This document shows, piece by piece, positions 12,701 to 24,700 of a stretch of DNA of 64,000 bases (position 1 is the first letter of the stretch; each line of letters opens with the position of its first letter). A program made the translations under genes and the position numbers. The notes under the pieces are model-generated. The model saw only the letters and a list, made by a program, of their open reading frames with translations, ran no database searches and was not told the origin of the DNA. Source of the DNA: Aplysia californica (Eukaryota); the NCBI RefSeq assembly GCF_000002075.1, contig NW_004797492.1:43821-107820 (forward strand), read 5' to 3'.

Positions 12701-15700
12701 TGATATATAATGTGTATAATGTAAAGTAAAATATAGGAAAGGCCAACATTGGGTTAAATGGGTTTTCTTCCTTTGTTTTCTCTATCAACATGTACATCAT
12801 TGTTGAATTTTTGTTTTTCTTCTGTTTGATTCAGGTATTACTTCAGAATTTGCTGAAGAAGAACGGAGGGTCTGAAATCTCTGGCTTACAGACGGGTGCT
12901 GGCAACACAGTGTCCATGCAGGACCCCAAGACCTCCAAGCTGGTGTGCAAGGAGAACATGGACGAGATCGGCAAAGCCATCAACATCCTGTACGCCATGC
13001 GGGAGAAGATCTGGCAGGCCCTGCAGCCTCGACTGCGCTGTGAGCGGGGCAAACACAACAGCCCCGTGCTGGTGCTGCCGCTGCTGGTGAGGGAGAAGCC
13101 CATCATCAAGCAGATGTTCACCATGAACTACCGCTACGTGTTCAAGGTACGTGTTGTGAGAACTAGATGTGTGTTCAAGGTACGTGTTGTGATATAGCTG
13201 TGTGTTGTGAGAACTAGATGTGTGGTCAAGGTACGTGTTGTGATATAGCTGTGTGTTGTGAGAACTAGATGTGTGGTCAAGGTACGTGTTGTGATATAGC
13301 TGTGTGTTGTGAGAACTAGATGTGTGGTCAAAGCACGTGTTGTGATATAGCTGTGTGTGTTGTGAGAACTAGATGTGTGTTCAAGGTACGTGTTGTGATA
13401 TAGCTGTGTGTTGTGAGAACTAGATGTGTGTTCAAAGCACGTGTTGTGATATAGCTGTGTGTTGTGAGAACTAGATGTGTGGTCAAGATGTGTGTTGTGA
13501 GAACTAGATGTGTGTTCAAGGGATACGTGTAGCAGAGATATAGCTGTGTGTTCAAGGTATGTGTTGTGGAACTGTTACATGTTCAAAAATTGGTTGCTCT
13601 AACATGGACATCATTTAGAGAAGTTGCTGTGAGATGTTATTGTGTTCACTGTTAATCCACTGAGATGTCCTGGCTTTGTGATTTCTTTCTCTGTGATTTA
13701 AAAAAAACAAATTTTCTTGCTCCCCCCCAGTGTGAAAAATGTGGGTATTCACAAGACGACAGTCACTCCAAAATCCTCCCCACAATCCCAGCAGTTCCTG
13801 AAGATTTCAACATGACTACGCCATACTTCGAGAGGAACTGCTTTGAGTGCCAGGCGCCCAGTCAGCGCATGGTTATGAAATTTGAAGGGTTAGTCCTGTT
13901 TGTGATTTGAACATGTTGTCAATGTTTTCTTCGGAAAGGCCTTGCATTTTTGTATACCATCAAGCACGCACATTGCGAACATATTTTCAGGTCCCGAATT
14001 TTTTCTAATACACGTATACTCTTTGTATTTAAGATATGTACCAGGGGTAATTTGTACATGGTAAAAAGATTTCTGTGGCCTGTCAATTTAATTCTTTGCT
14101 TGTTAGATTGAAATTGAATTCTGTCCATAATTTTGTGGAAAATAGGAAATTTGGTTTCCATTTTAGCTTTTTGTATTGTAGCTAGTTAGTCCATATAAAT
14201 ACGGTTGTTGGTGATTGCACTAACTAAGCCGGCCAAATCCTTTCTGAATAAGGAGATTGGTGGTATACGGTGCATACAGGAAAGTAGTCTTCTGTTCACT
14301 TCGTAGAGCTGGGCATAATATGTGCTTAGTCGTGGCAGGAAACTTACACTCTGCATCAAGTAATTTTGTACTGACAAAAAAAGAATCTGTGAAGCACGGC
14401 TGTGAAAACAGTGGTTTTCATGGGAAGCCATGGTGTTCTTTTGCCATTTTTGTCAAAATCATGATTTATGGTCAAGGGTCAAGGTCAGTAGTATTTATTT
14501 TCATATTTGTGTGAGTTCTGTGTAATATTTTTATGTGATTTTAAAATAAAATAGCACAATGTTATGTGGTCCTGTATAATTGCCTCCTTTTGTCATGCTG
14601 TTACAATAAGCAAGAGGTGCCAGTTTCCAGTCTTTCTTGACACTGATACATTGCTTTTTCCCTCATTTGTTTGTCTCAGGCTACAAGATTTTGTCCAGAT
14701 GCATTTCGTCAAAGGTCTGCCACACAACAGATTTGATGAACTCAGCTTTGATTTCAACGGAGACCACTATGAAGTCACGGCCGTCGTACATTATAAAAAC
14801 AATCCTGACCATTTTATCGCCTGGGTGCGAAATGCCCCAGGTAAGTACTACTTTTTTGTTGCTTTGTAATTTGTGTCTTTTTGGCCATACACCAAAGCCA
14901 AGCTATACTCCCAAGTCAATGGGAATTATGGGAACACAATTTGATATCTTCTTTACCTTTGTCAAAGGGATTGCACTAACTAAGCCGGCCAACTCTCGTA
15001 CATGTATGGAGCATGTTGGTGGTATACGGTGCATACATCATTTCACTGTCTTCTCACTGACCTAGCTGTGCCAGATTGTGTTCTGTGACAGTTGTGGGAA
15101 GATTGTTACATTGTCTCATGTAGGTGAAAGGATTTAGTTTTGAAAAATCTTGGTCGGAATATGACATAGCAGTAAGTTATTTGGTCTTCTTTGAGCAGTT
15201 TGGCAACCTGCTTATTTGAAAAGCGTAAAAAAAATTATGAGCGTGAAAAATGTTTTCAAGGGAGAAAAGGGTTTCTGAAAGTCCAAGGGGTTGCAATGTA
15301 TTGGAAAGGTTTGAGAGCAGACACTGGATGTCAGATCTTTTCACCTTGGTAATTTTTAAAGATTAGGGAGTCTCTTGGCTGGGTTAAGGGATAGAAGAAG
15401 ATGTCTGAGAACAAATAAGGAAAGAATTCACCATTCCAGAATGTTTCCTCCCCTTTCTTTTTTCTTGCTGCCTTGTTACCACCTTCAGTAACTTATTCTT
15501 TTGGTGTACAGATCAAAATCTTCCATTACATGGGGTTGCACTAACTAAGCCGGCCAACTCTCGTACATTTATGGAGCATGTTGGTGGTATACGGTGCATA
15601 CATCATCTCACTGTCTTCTCACTGACCTAGCTGTGCCAGATTGTGTTCTGTGACAGTTGTGGGAACATTGTTACATTGTCTCATGTAGGTGAAAGAAGGA

Positions 15701-18700
15701 TTTAGTTTTGAAAAGTCTTGGGATTCTTGGTCGAAATATGAAATAGCAGTACGTTATTTGGTCTGCTTTGAGCAGTTTGGTAACGCGCTTTTTGAAATGA
15801 GGATAAAACATTTTAGCATGAAAAATGTTTTCAGGGGGAAAAGGGGTTTCGGAAAGTCCAAGGAGTTGTGATGGAAAGGTTTGAGAGCAGACGGTGGAAG
15901 TCAGATCTTTTTATCTAACTAATTTTTAAAGATTAGGGAGTCCCTTGGCTGGGTTATGGGACAGATGAAGACGTCTGAGAACAAATAAGGAAAACCTTCA
16001 CCATTCTAGAATGCTTCCTCTCAGGCCCCCCCCCCCCCCCCCCCTTTTTTTTTTTCATTGTCTGTTTGATTGGTTGTTCAAAAAAAGGATGTTATGCTGC
16101 TGTGTATGAAAAAAAATTCTGAGAAGACTTGGATCTTGCTGCCTTGTTACCACCTTCAGTAACTTATTCTTTTAGTGTACAGATCAAAATCTTCCATTAC
16201 ATGGGGTTGCACTAACTAAGCCGGCCAACTCTCGTACATATATGGAGCATGTTGGTGGTATACGGTGCGTACATCATCTCACTGTCTTCTCACTGACCTA
16301 GCTGTGCCAGATTGTGTTCTGTGACAGTTGTGGGAAGACTGTTACATTATGTCTCTCTAGATAGAACGAGGACTCGGGGACTGAATTAGTGGTACTTCTG
16401 GACAACAATGGTTGAAGGGAAAAAAATATTTTCCACTATATAAAACTGTCCTTTCTTAGTATGAGCATTATGCTTTTGCCCATGGCAGATGGTACCTGCG
16501 CTTGTTGTTCATTGGTTAGGCTCTTTGCTGTCGCATAAAATGCACATCATGAAATTATTTAATAGTTTACCAACACACACATAAGGGTACATACATCCTC
16601 AAATACAAAATTTACCATCACAGGGTAGCGTTGAACAAAACGTGTCTTTACTTTTCTCAAACACTCTCTCATGTCATAGAATGTTGTGTAGCTGCTTTTT
16701 GTCTCTGGACCTACAATCGAATCTATTTTAAGCAGCCACCTGTCCAAGGGAGCACTAGTTAGAAGACAAATATTGCTCAAAGACTTGCACTAACTAAGCC
16801 GGCCAACTCTCGTACATGTATGGAGCATGTTGGTGGTATACGGTGCATACATCATCTCACTGTCTTCTCACTGACCTAGCTGTGCCAGATTGTGTTCCCT
16901 GACAGTTGTGGGAAGATTGTTACATTGTCTCATGTAGGTGAAAGAAGGATTTAGTTTTGAAAAGTCATGGTCGGAATATGAAATGGCAGTAAGTTATTTG
17001 GTCAGCTTTGAGCAGTTTGGTAACACTTATTTGAAAAGCATAAAAAAAGTTTTTTTTGTGAAAAATATTTTGAAGGAGGGGAAAAGGGGTTTCTGAAAGT
17101 CCAAGGAGTTGTGATGGAAAGGTTTGAGAGCAGATGGCGGAAGTCAGATCTTTTCATCTTGGTAACTTTGAAAGATTAGCAAATCCTTTGGCTGGGTTAA
17201 GGGGCACAAGAAGACATCTGAGAACAAATAAGGAAAGCCTTCACCATTCCAGAATGCTCCCCCCCGGTTTTTTTTCTTCTTTGTGTTAAATAGGCTGTAA
17301 AAAAAAAGAATATGCTGCTGTGTATGAAAAGAAATTCAGAAAGGGCTCAGATCTTGCTGCCTTGTTACCACCTTCAGTAACTTATTCTTTTGGTGTACAG
17401 ATCAAAATCTTCCATTACATGGGGTTGCACTAACTAAGCCGGCCAACTCTCGTACATANNNNNNNNNNNNNNNNNNNNNNNNNNNNNNNNNNNNNNNNNN
17501 NNNNNNNNNNNNNNNNNNNNNNNNNNNNNNNNNNNNNNNNNNNNNNNNNNNNNNNNNNACTTCTTCTTCTTGCACTTTGCATTTTTTAAATGTTGTTTCG
17601 ACTGTTAAAGACTTCCAATTTTTTCCTCAACAATAGGTAGCCATCTCGTTCAATTTCATCTGTTTATAGCAAGTAGCATAAACATACATGAGAGAACATT
17701 AGTTAAAAAACATTCTTCTCAAAGACTTGCACTAACTAAGCCGGCCAACTCTCGTACATGTATGGAGCATGTTGGTGGTATACGGTGCATACATCATCTC
17801 ACTATCTTCTCACTGACCTAGCTGTGCCAGATTGTGTTCTGTGCCAGTTGTGGGAAGATTGTTACATTGAATCTATTTGGAACGGTCACCTGTACAAACA
17901 ACCACTTTACACTTCTTCTTCTTGCACTTTGCATTTTTTAAATGTTGTTTCGACTGTTAAAGACTTCCAATTTTTTCCTCAACAATAGGTAGCCATCTCG
18001 TTCAATTTCATCTGTTTATAGCAAGTAGCATAAACATACATGAGAGAACATTAGTTAAAAAACATTCTTCTCAAAGACTTGCACTAACTAAGCCGGCCAA
18101 CTCTCGTACATGTATGGAGCATGTTGGTGGTATACGGTGCATACATCATCTCACTATCTTCTCACTGACCTAGCTGTGCCAGATTGTGTTCTGTGCCAGT
18201 TGTGGGAAGATTGTTACATTGAATCTATTTGGAACGGTCACCTGTACAAACAACCACTTTACACTTCTTCTTCTTGCACTTTGCATTTTTTAAATGTTGT
18301 TTCGACTGTTAAAGACTTCCAATTTTTTCCTCAACAATAGGTAGCCATCTCGTTCAATTTCATCTGTTTATAGCAAGTAGCATAAACATACATGAGAGAA
18401 CATTAGTTAAAAAACATTCTTCTCAAAGACTTGCACTAACTAAGCCGGCCAACTCTCGTACATGTATGGAGCATGTTGGTGGTATACGGTGCATACATCA
18501 TCTCACTATCTTCTCACTGACCTAGCTGTGCCAGATTGTGTTCTGTGACAGTTGAGGGAACATTGTTACATGGTTTTGTAGACATGGGTGGTTAGCGGGC
18601 GCTCTGATGTAGGAGCATAGTTTGCTCCTTCTTACTTATCGAAACGTTTATCGTCCTTATCTCCTTCCCCCCCTTTTTTTTTTGTTGGTTACTCTCTTGT

Positions 18701-21700
18701 AATATTTCTAATCACTTTTATGGCCTAATTGTTTTGCAAATGCCGTGAAATATGTACTAAAATTTTACTTTAAAAAAAAAAAGCAGCTAAGGTTACTGTG
18801 GGTTTGATTAAGATAGAAAACTGTTCGAAATTAAAATTATTTTGATTCCTTGCTGTTTCTCTTTCTAAAAAATCCCCAAAGAATTTACGGCACATATGTG
18901 ACTTTTTTTTGTTTAGCTAGTGTTGTAAATCTACTACAACTTTTGTTATTTGAATTCCCCACTTTGGAGTATATAAAGTTTTTGTTTTGGATTTCATTTT
19001 TCCTTTTAAAGTCCGTACTGGACGTAGGTTTATAAAAAAAATTCCCATTGTGTTTTCCAAAGTTATGGTTTTGGATTTGTTTGATCCCAGGCCCTTACTG
19101 GATGGAGTGTGACGACCTGAAGTCTGTGATCACACGCTACCAGCCCGTGCTGCCCAACATCCCGCCCAGCCAGGTACACATGGTGATGTGGGAGCGCCGG
19201 CTCACGCCGCAGCACACGCTGGTCATGCGTGACACGGAGGATACGCGCGTCCTGGCCTCCCTCGTGCTCACCGTGCAGCAGCCCGCGGGCATGTCCGGCA
19301 CGCAGCAGGGAGCGGATGCTTCAGGTCATTGGGGGGGTTTGTGTGTATGTGTATGGCTTTTCTTTTTGTGTGTTTGTGAGTGTATGTGTGTGTGTGGCTT
19401 TTCTTTTCGTGTGTTTGTGAGTGTGTGTGGTTGGCTTTTCTTTTTGTGTGTTTGTGAGTGTGTGTATGTGTGGCTTTTCTTTTTGTGTGTTTGTGAGAGT
19501 GTGTGTGTATGTGTGGCTTTTCTTTTTTGTGTGTTTGTGAGAGTGTGTGTGTGTGTGTGGCTTTTTGTTTTGTGTGTTTGTGAGAGTGTGTTTGTGTATG
19601 CGTGGCTTTTCTTTTTGTGTTTGTGAGAGTGTTTGTATCTGTGTCATTGTGTTTGTGAGAGTGTGTGTGTATCTGTGTCATTGTGTTTGTGAGAGTGTGT
19701 GTGTATCTGTGTCATTATGTTTGCGAAAGTGTGTGTATCTGTGTCATTGTGTTTGTGAGAGTGTGTCGTGCTGTCATCTTTGTGTTATTTATAAGCAGGT
19801 GTCATGGAAACAACTTGGTGATGGTTTCAATTCTGAGGGTTTTTTGTTTGACTTACTAGAAGGTGTGACTTAACTCACTTGCGACTGGGCCCTTTCACCA
19901 GCCACAAGCGTTGAAGACTGGCGTTTTGGGGGGTATTTCAATAAATCACCACAACTCTCAGAATTACCCTATTGTAATCATTTTTTGACACAGTAAAGTA
20001 ACATTCAAGCTTAATCTAATACAAAAAACTAAAGTTGTCTAAGTGTAATACTTTAATTTGTATGGTTTTTTAAAGATTGGCATGAATTTGATTTTCGAAA
20101 AATTTCCAGAGACGTGACAAGTAGAATGAAATTCACTGCAACAACAAAAATAAAAGTTCAAAGTGTTCTGGTTTGATTTGTATACATGTGCAAGTGTTTG
20201 GTGAAAATATAAAAGCTGGTCTGTGCATTGATTCAGACCCATACACTGAATTACATGAGACAGATGTACGGCACGACGTTGTGATTTCGTTGCGCGAAAA
20301 ACAACACCGGTACTAGTGCTAGATCTAGCCCTAGAACTACGACTCGGGCCGTGTTCGGGTACATATCCAGGATCCTAACTATTAGACACATCATATTCTG
20401 AGACACTAGAACTAGTAAAACGCACAGAAGTATAGAAAACGGCGAAATTATGTGATTCTTGTTCATGCGACTTCTTCGACCGTTACTACGACGCGACTGT
20501 CGGATTACTATGAGCTGTATAGAAAAAAACAAAGCGCGAGTTCCGGTCTGTTCAACCCCAGTTGGGGTCACTGTCCTTCACCTTCAATAACTTAAAAACT
20601 ACCAGCCCCAGAGATACGAAACAAAGTCTAAGTAGCTCAGGCTTGGCCAAACAAGGGTACGAGGCGGGTCTCGCGATCCGTGCGTGATTTGTAGAGCGAA
20701 AAAAAATTTCCAAAGTTGGTCACGTCATGGCGGGGGTCACGCAACTGTTGTGTGACCCGTCTGAAGTGAGTTAAAGATCACTTGGGGAGCTATCAGAATA
20801 CTGTTATACAAATTAAGATCTTCCTTTCCTTTGTCAAAGGACTTGCACTAACTAAGCCGGCCAACTCTCGTACATGTATGGAGCATGTTGGTGGTATACG
20901 GTGCATACATCATCTCACTGTCTTCTCACTGACCTAGCTGTGCCAGATTGTGTTCCGTGCCAGTTGTGAGAAGACTGTCACATTATCCGTTGGGGAAAGA
21001 AAAAATTAATTTGTGAGGTGTAATTATGGTCTGAATCTGAGAAGAGGCAAGATTTTGAACGTCCAGGGAGCAAAAAGGTTGCCTTTAAACAGAGAGACTG
21101 CCAGGTGGCTAGAATCCTCCTGAGAACTTGGATAAATTTGCTCTGACCCGGGAATACCTGTGAATTAGAGAATATCTGTAAATTGCTCAGGGACAATTTA
21201 TAAAGTTGTTTAATATTTTAAAGTTTAGTAGTGAAATCCAGTGAAGTGTTGTCATGTGAGTTTGTTCCATTTGGCAGGTGTGCCCAAAACCACAGCGACA
21301 GGTCTTCCTTCTTCAAGCCCGGCGGGCGCCACGTCTGCCAGCACACTCCTGTCGGGCCTGATGAACCAGACGCAGACGTTCTCCCCGTACACGCGAGGTC
21401 GTGGCAGAGGCGGGCGGGGCACCCGGGGGGCCAGGGGCACGGGCCGGGGCAGGGGAAGCAACACCATCATCAGGCAGCGGGCGCCGGTCAGCAGCAGCAT
21501 CCAGCTGACGGGGGCGGCTGCCACGTCNNNNNNNNNNNNNNNNNNNNNNNNNNNNNNNNNNNNNNNNNNNNNNNNNNNNNNNNNNNNNNNNNNNNNNNNN
21601 NNNNNNNNNNNNNNNNNNNNNNNNNNNCTGTGCCCGTCCAGCGGCCCCGAGGCTCGCCCCAGATTCTGCGTCTGCCCATGTCGGCCCTGGCCAACTCTGG

Positions 21701-24700
21701 CCTGTCCTTGAGGGGAGCCTCCACCACGGGGGCCGGCACCAGGCTGGTACTGGTGGGCGGGAACAGCGGCGGTCAAGCGGGCAGCGTGGCGGGCTCTGGC
21801 TCTGGGGGCACCACCAACAAGGTGATCATGGTTCGCTCCCAGGGAGGCAGTATGAGCAACATGTCTCCCCAGCAGCTGCTTCAGCTACTGCAGGTACGTA
21901 GGCACGCAGGCACGCACACTCACAGGGGGGACTGTCACAAGTGGGTGGTGGGTGGCTGCTATTTTTCTTTCCTCTCCAACATGTTTTGTACTTATCTCTC
22001 CTCTCAAACATGTTTTGTACTTATCTCTCCTCTCCAACATGTTTTGTACTTATCTCTCCTCTCCAACATGTTTTGTACTTATCTCTCCTCTCCAACATGT
22101 TTTGTACTTATCTCTCCTCTCACACATGTTTTGTACTTATCTCTCCTCTCCAACATGTTTTGTACTTATCTCTCCTCTCAAACATGTTTTGTACTTATCT
22201 CTCCTCTCCAACATGTTTTGTACTTATCTCTCCTCTCAAACATGTTTTGTACTTATCTCTCCTCCTCCTTTTCTTTGTCTACATCTCTCTAGTGTTACAC
22301 ATCTAACCTTCTGCACTTAGATGACCTCTTGTTATGCAAGTACCATAAAATTGACTAAATCTAAAGGGACTGTTGAATTTGTCGTAGACGGCCGCCCATT
22401 GTCAAGGAGAAAAATGGTTGGCTTAGATAGGTGGATGTTTTAAACAGTGTTTAGGATATAGTCAAATAACAAGAGTGGGATTGGGAAGTGATTCTTTGTA
22501 GAGATGATTGTCTTGGACAAGGTTTTCACTGTGATAATGGCTTGCTGTCTTGGACAAATGTGACTGTCATAATGGATCAGAGGTGATAGTTCCTTCAGGC
22601 TTGGGTACAGGTTTGAAAATCATGACATTTTGGTGCAGTAAAAAGGCTTGCTAGATTTGATGGGTTTTATTTTTAAAATAAATTAGAAATGTAGATTGGT
22701 TTTTTAAAATCAGTTGTTGACTTCAATATATCTGAGAGAGTTACATGCATGTTTAAAACTCTTGAAAAATGTGGTTACTCGAGAGATTTATTTAATTTCG
22801 TTGCTTTAGATTGATTTTTTTTTGTGGTGTGTTTTTTTATTTGCCAGCGACGGTTTATCGTTCTCTTGCTTGAAAGGAGGGCGCCACTGTTAAATCCTAC
22901 TTTTTTTTCTCTCTCTGTTGTTTCTGTCCGTCTGTTTTACTTCTTCCCTGCAATATATGACCGTTGTTGTGTGGATGTGCTTCTCTTAACTCAAATTGTA
23001 TGTCCACAGCGAACAGGAGCCATTAGTCAGTCTGGAGGTGTCCGGGTCACGACCACGCTGGGCAACGGTAGTCAGGTGTCGGCTGTGACCCAAGAGAGCG
23101 ACACTTCGGTGGGGACGGGCGTGGAGGAAGGCGCCTCTGCCGATGTTGCTGGCACGCAGACCACTTTGGAGCATGAGAGCACCGAGTCAGCAACAGAACC
23201 TCTGGGCGAGTCGGGCGGTGCCGACAGCCTGATGGACGTCTCGGAGGGGAATCAGACGGCAGGGGAGGCTGATACATCGGCTTATTTAAACACAACGCTA
23301 CCCTCGGCGGGGTCAGAAAACGCGACAGAAGCAACCACCATCTCATCCACCTCCACTTCTTCGGAAAATCCCATCGTCTTATCTCCGGAGCCGCCTGTGA
23401 CAAGTTCTGTGAGTGCTGTCGATGTGGCCGGCGAGCCGCAGCAGCAGTCAGCAGCTACCGTTGCTGCTGCCGCGGGGAATGTGAAAACGCTGACCCTGAG
23501 TGAAGGTCAGGCCAGTTCTGGTGGCGCCCGCTACATTTCCATCCCCAACCCCAACGGCAAGGGCAGCATTCTCACCCAGCTGGTGTTGAAAGGCGGCAAA
23601 ATGGTTCTAGTCCCTGTCACCAAGAACGTTCCCGCACAGGAAGCGGGCTCGTCGGTTCTCCGGATCCCCGGCTCCACAGCCGCGGGTTCCCCTACCGTGT
23701 CCATCCGTGTCCCGGGCGGTTCGAGCCAGTCCTCCCTGGCGTCTCTGGTCACCTCGGCCATCTCGTCTTCGGCCACGAGCACGCCTCAGGCTGTGCAGCA
23801 GTCCCCCACGGTGAGCATGCTGACCTCACAGACGCCGTTCGCCACGCTCGCCGCCACCACCGCGTCTGTCAGCACGTCCACGGCTAGCACGCCGGGTGTC
23901 CGCTATGTGTCTATCCCGGGCAGCAGCGGCAGCAAGAGGACCATCCAGCTGATCAGTGTACCGCGGGGGGCGCCCGGTGCCGGGGGTACCTCCTCTTCTG
24001 TGCTCGGGGGCTCGCAGGCCGGCAGCCAGAAGACAATTATCGTGAGTCCCAGCGGGGTGCAGTCTTCCACCTCCCCGGCCACCTACGTCACGCGGCTGGT
24101 CACCTCGGCCGACACAGCGCAGCAGCAGCCGGGGAGCGACGAACAGCCGCAGCAGCAGATGGTGAGCTCGCAGCAGGGCAACATTGTGATCCGTGAGCTG
24201 AAGAGTGACGGCACCACCACCACCACCACCACCCTCCCGCCGCCCACAATGGCCGACTCGGGGGCTCAGACCCCCACGGTGCTCCGCCAGGTGAGAGATG
24301 GGCTGGTGGCAAATCCCGGTGCTTTCTTGTCCTATCTCCATTTTTAATAACCGTGAAAAACAGTTCAGAACAGAGTGAGCTTAAAGAAGAAGACAAATTT
24401 TCACTGTTTAATAAAAATGGAGATACAACAAGAAAGCACTGAGGTCACGAGATTCTAGAACTAAATGGCAGAGTGGTCTTTGTGTGTACAGCTGGCCCCA
24501 TTCGACTTTACCAGTCAACATTGATCATTTTTTTACTGTTTGCTATTTGAAGCGTGGCAGAGCCATTCGAATGCCGTGTGATTTTTAAAATATTTTTGAA
24601 AGGGAATGGATTTTTGTCTCATATTTTTCAAACCGTCATACAATTACAGCATATTATATCTAAAATTGAGATAAATACAGAAGTACTCTGTACTTGAAGG

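Larger units (their letters stand above)
17559..18573 (+). repeat. 352-bp tandem array carrying the H/ACA RNA
   Basis: Essentially identical units with period 352 (ORF track 17758 and 18110 are identical). Confidence 0.95.

Noticed and set aside
14971-15040. Complementarity of the arm to 5S rRNA
   Set aside because: Only partial against vertebrate 5S, weaker against the mollusc-type sequence I recall, and it does not fit pocket geometry.
14215-15113. Telomerase RNA or U17/snR30 identity for the H/ACA element
   Set aside because: Too short, with no CUAACCCU template or pseudoknot and no m1 (AUAUUCCUA) or m2 (AAACCAU) motifs.
15270-15330. RNase P/MRP-like ggaaaggtttgaga and gaaagtcc motifs in array spacers
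   Set aside because: No matching CR-V/P4 partner found, and the spacers diverge freely.
17758-18340. Duplicated 76-aa ORFs (MYGACWWY...)
   Set aside because: By-products of the 352-bp ncRNA-bearing repeat. The frame is not preserved in other copies.
14971-18573. CRISPR-like repeat/spacer array
   Set aside because: Eukaryotic intron, repeats are 143 nt, spacers are themselves duplicated, and there are no cas genes.
20250-20775. CpG-rich patch just upstream of copy J as an independent promoter
   Set aside because: Looks more like non-autonomous DNA-transposon interior (as does 1-440). I could not identify a PSE, TATA or termini.
21528-21627. Apparent frameshift within a USPL1 exon
   Set aside because: Falls across a 100-N placeholder gap of unknown true length.
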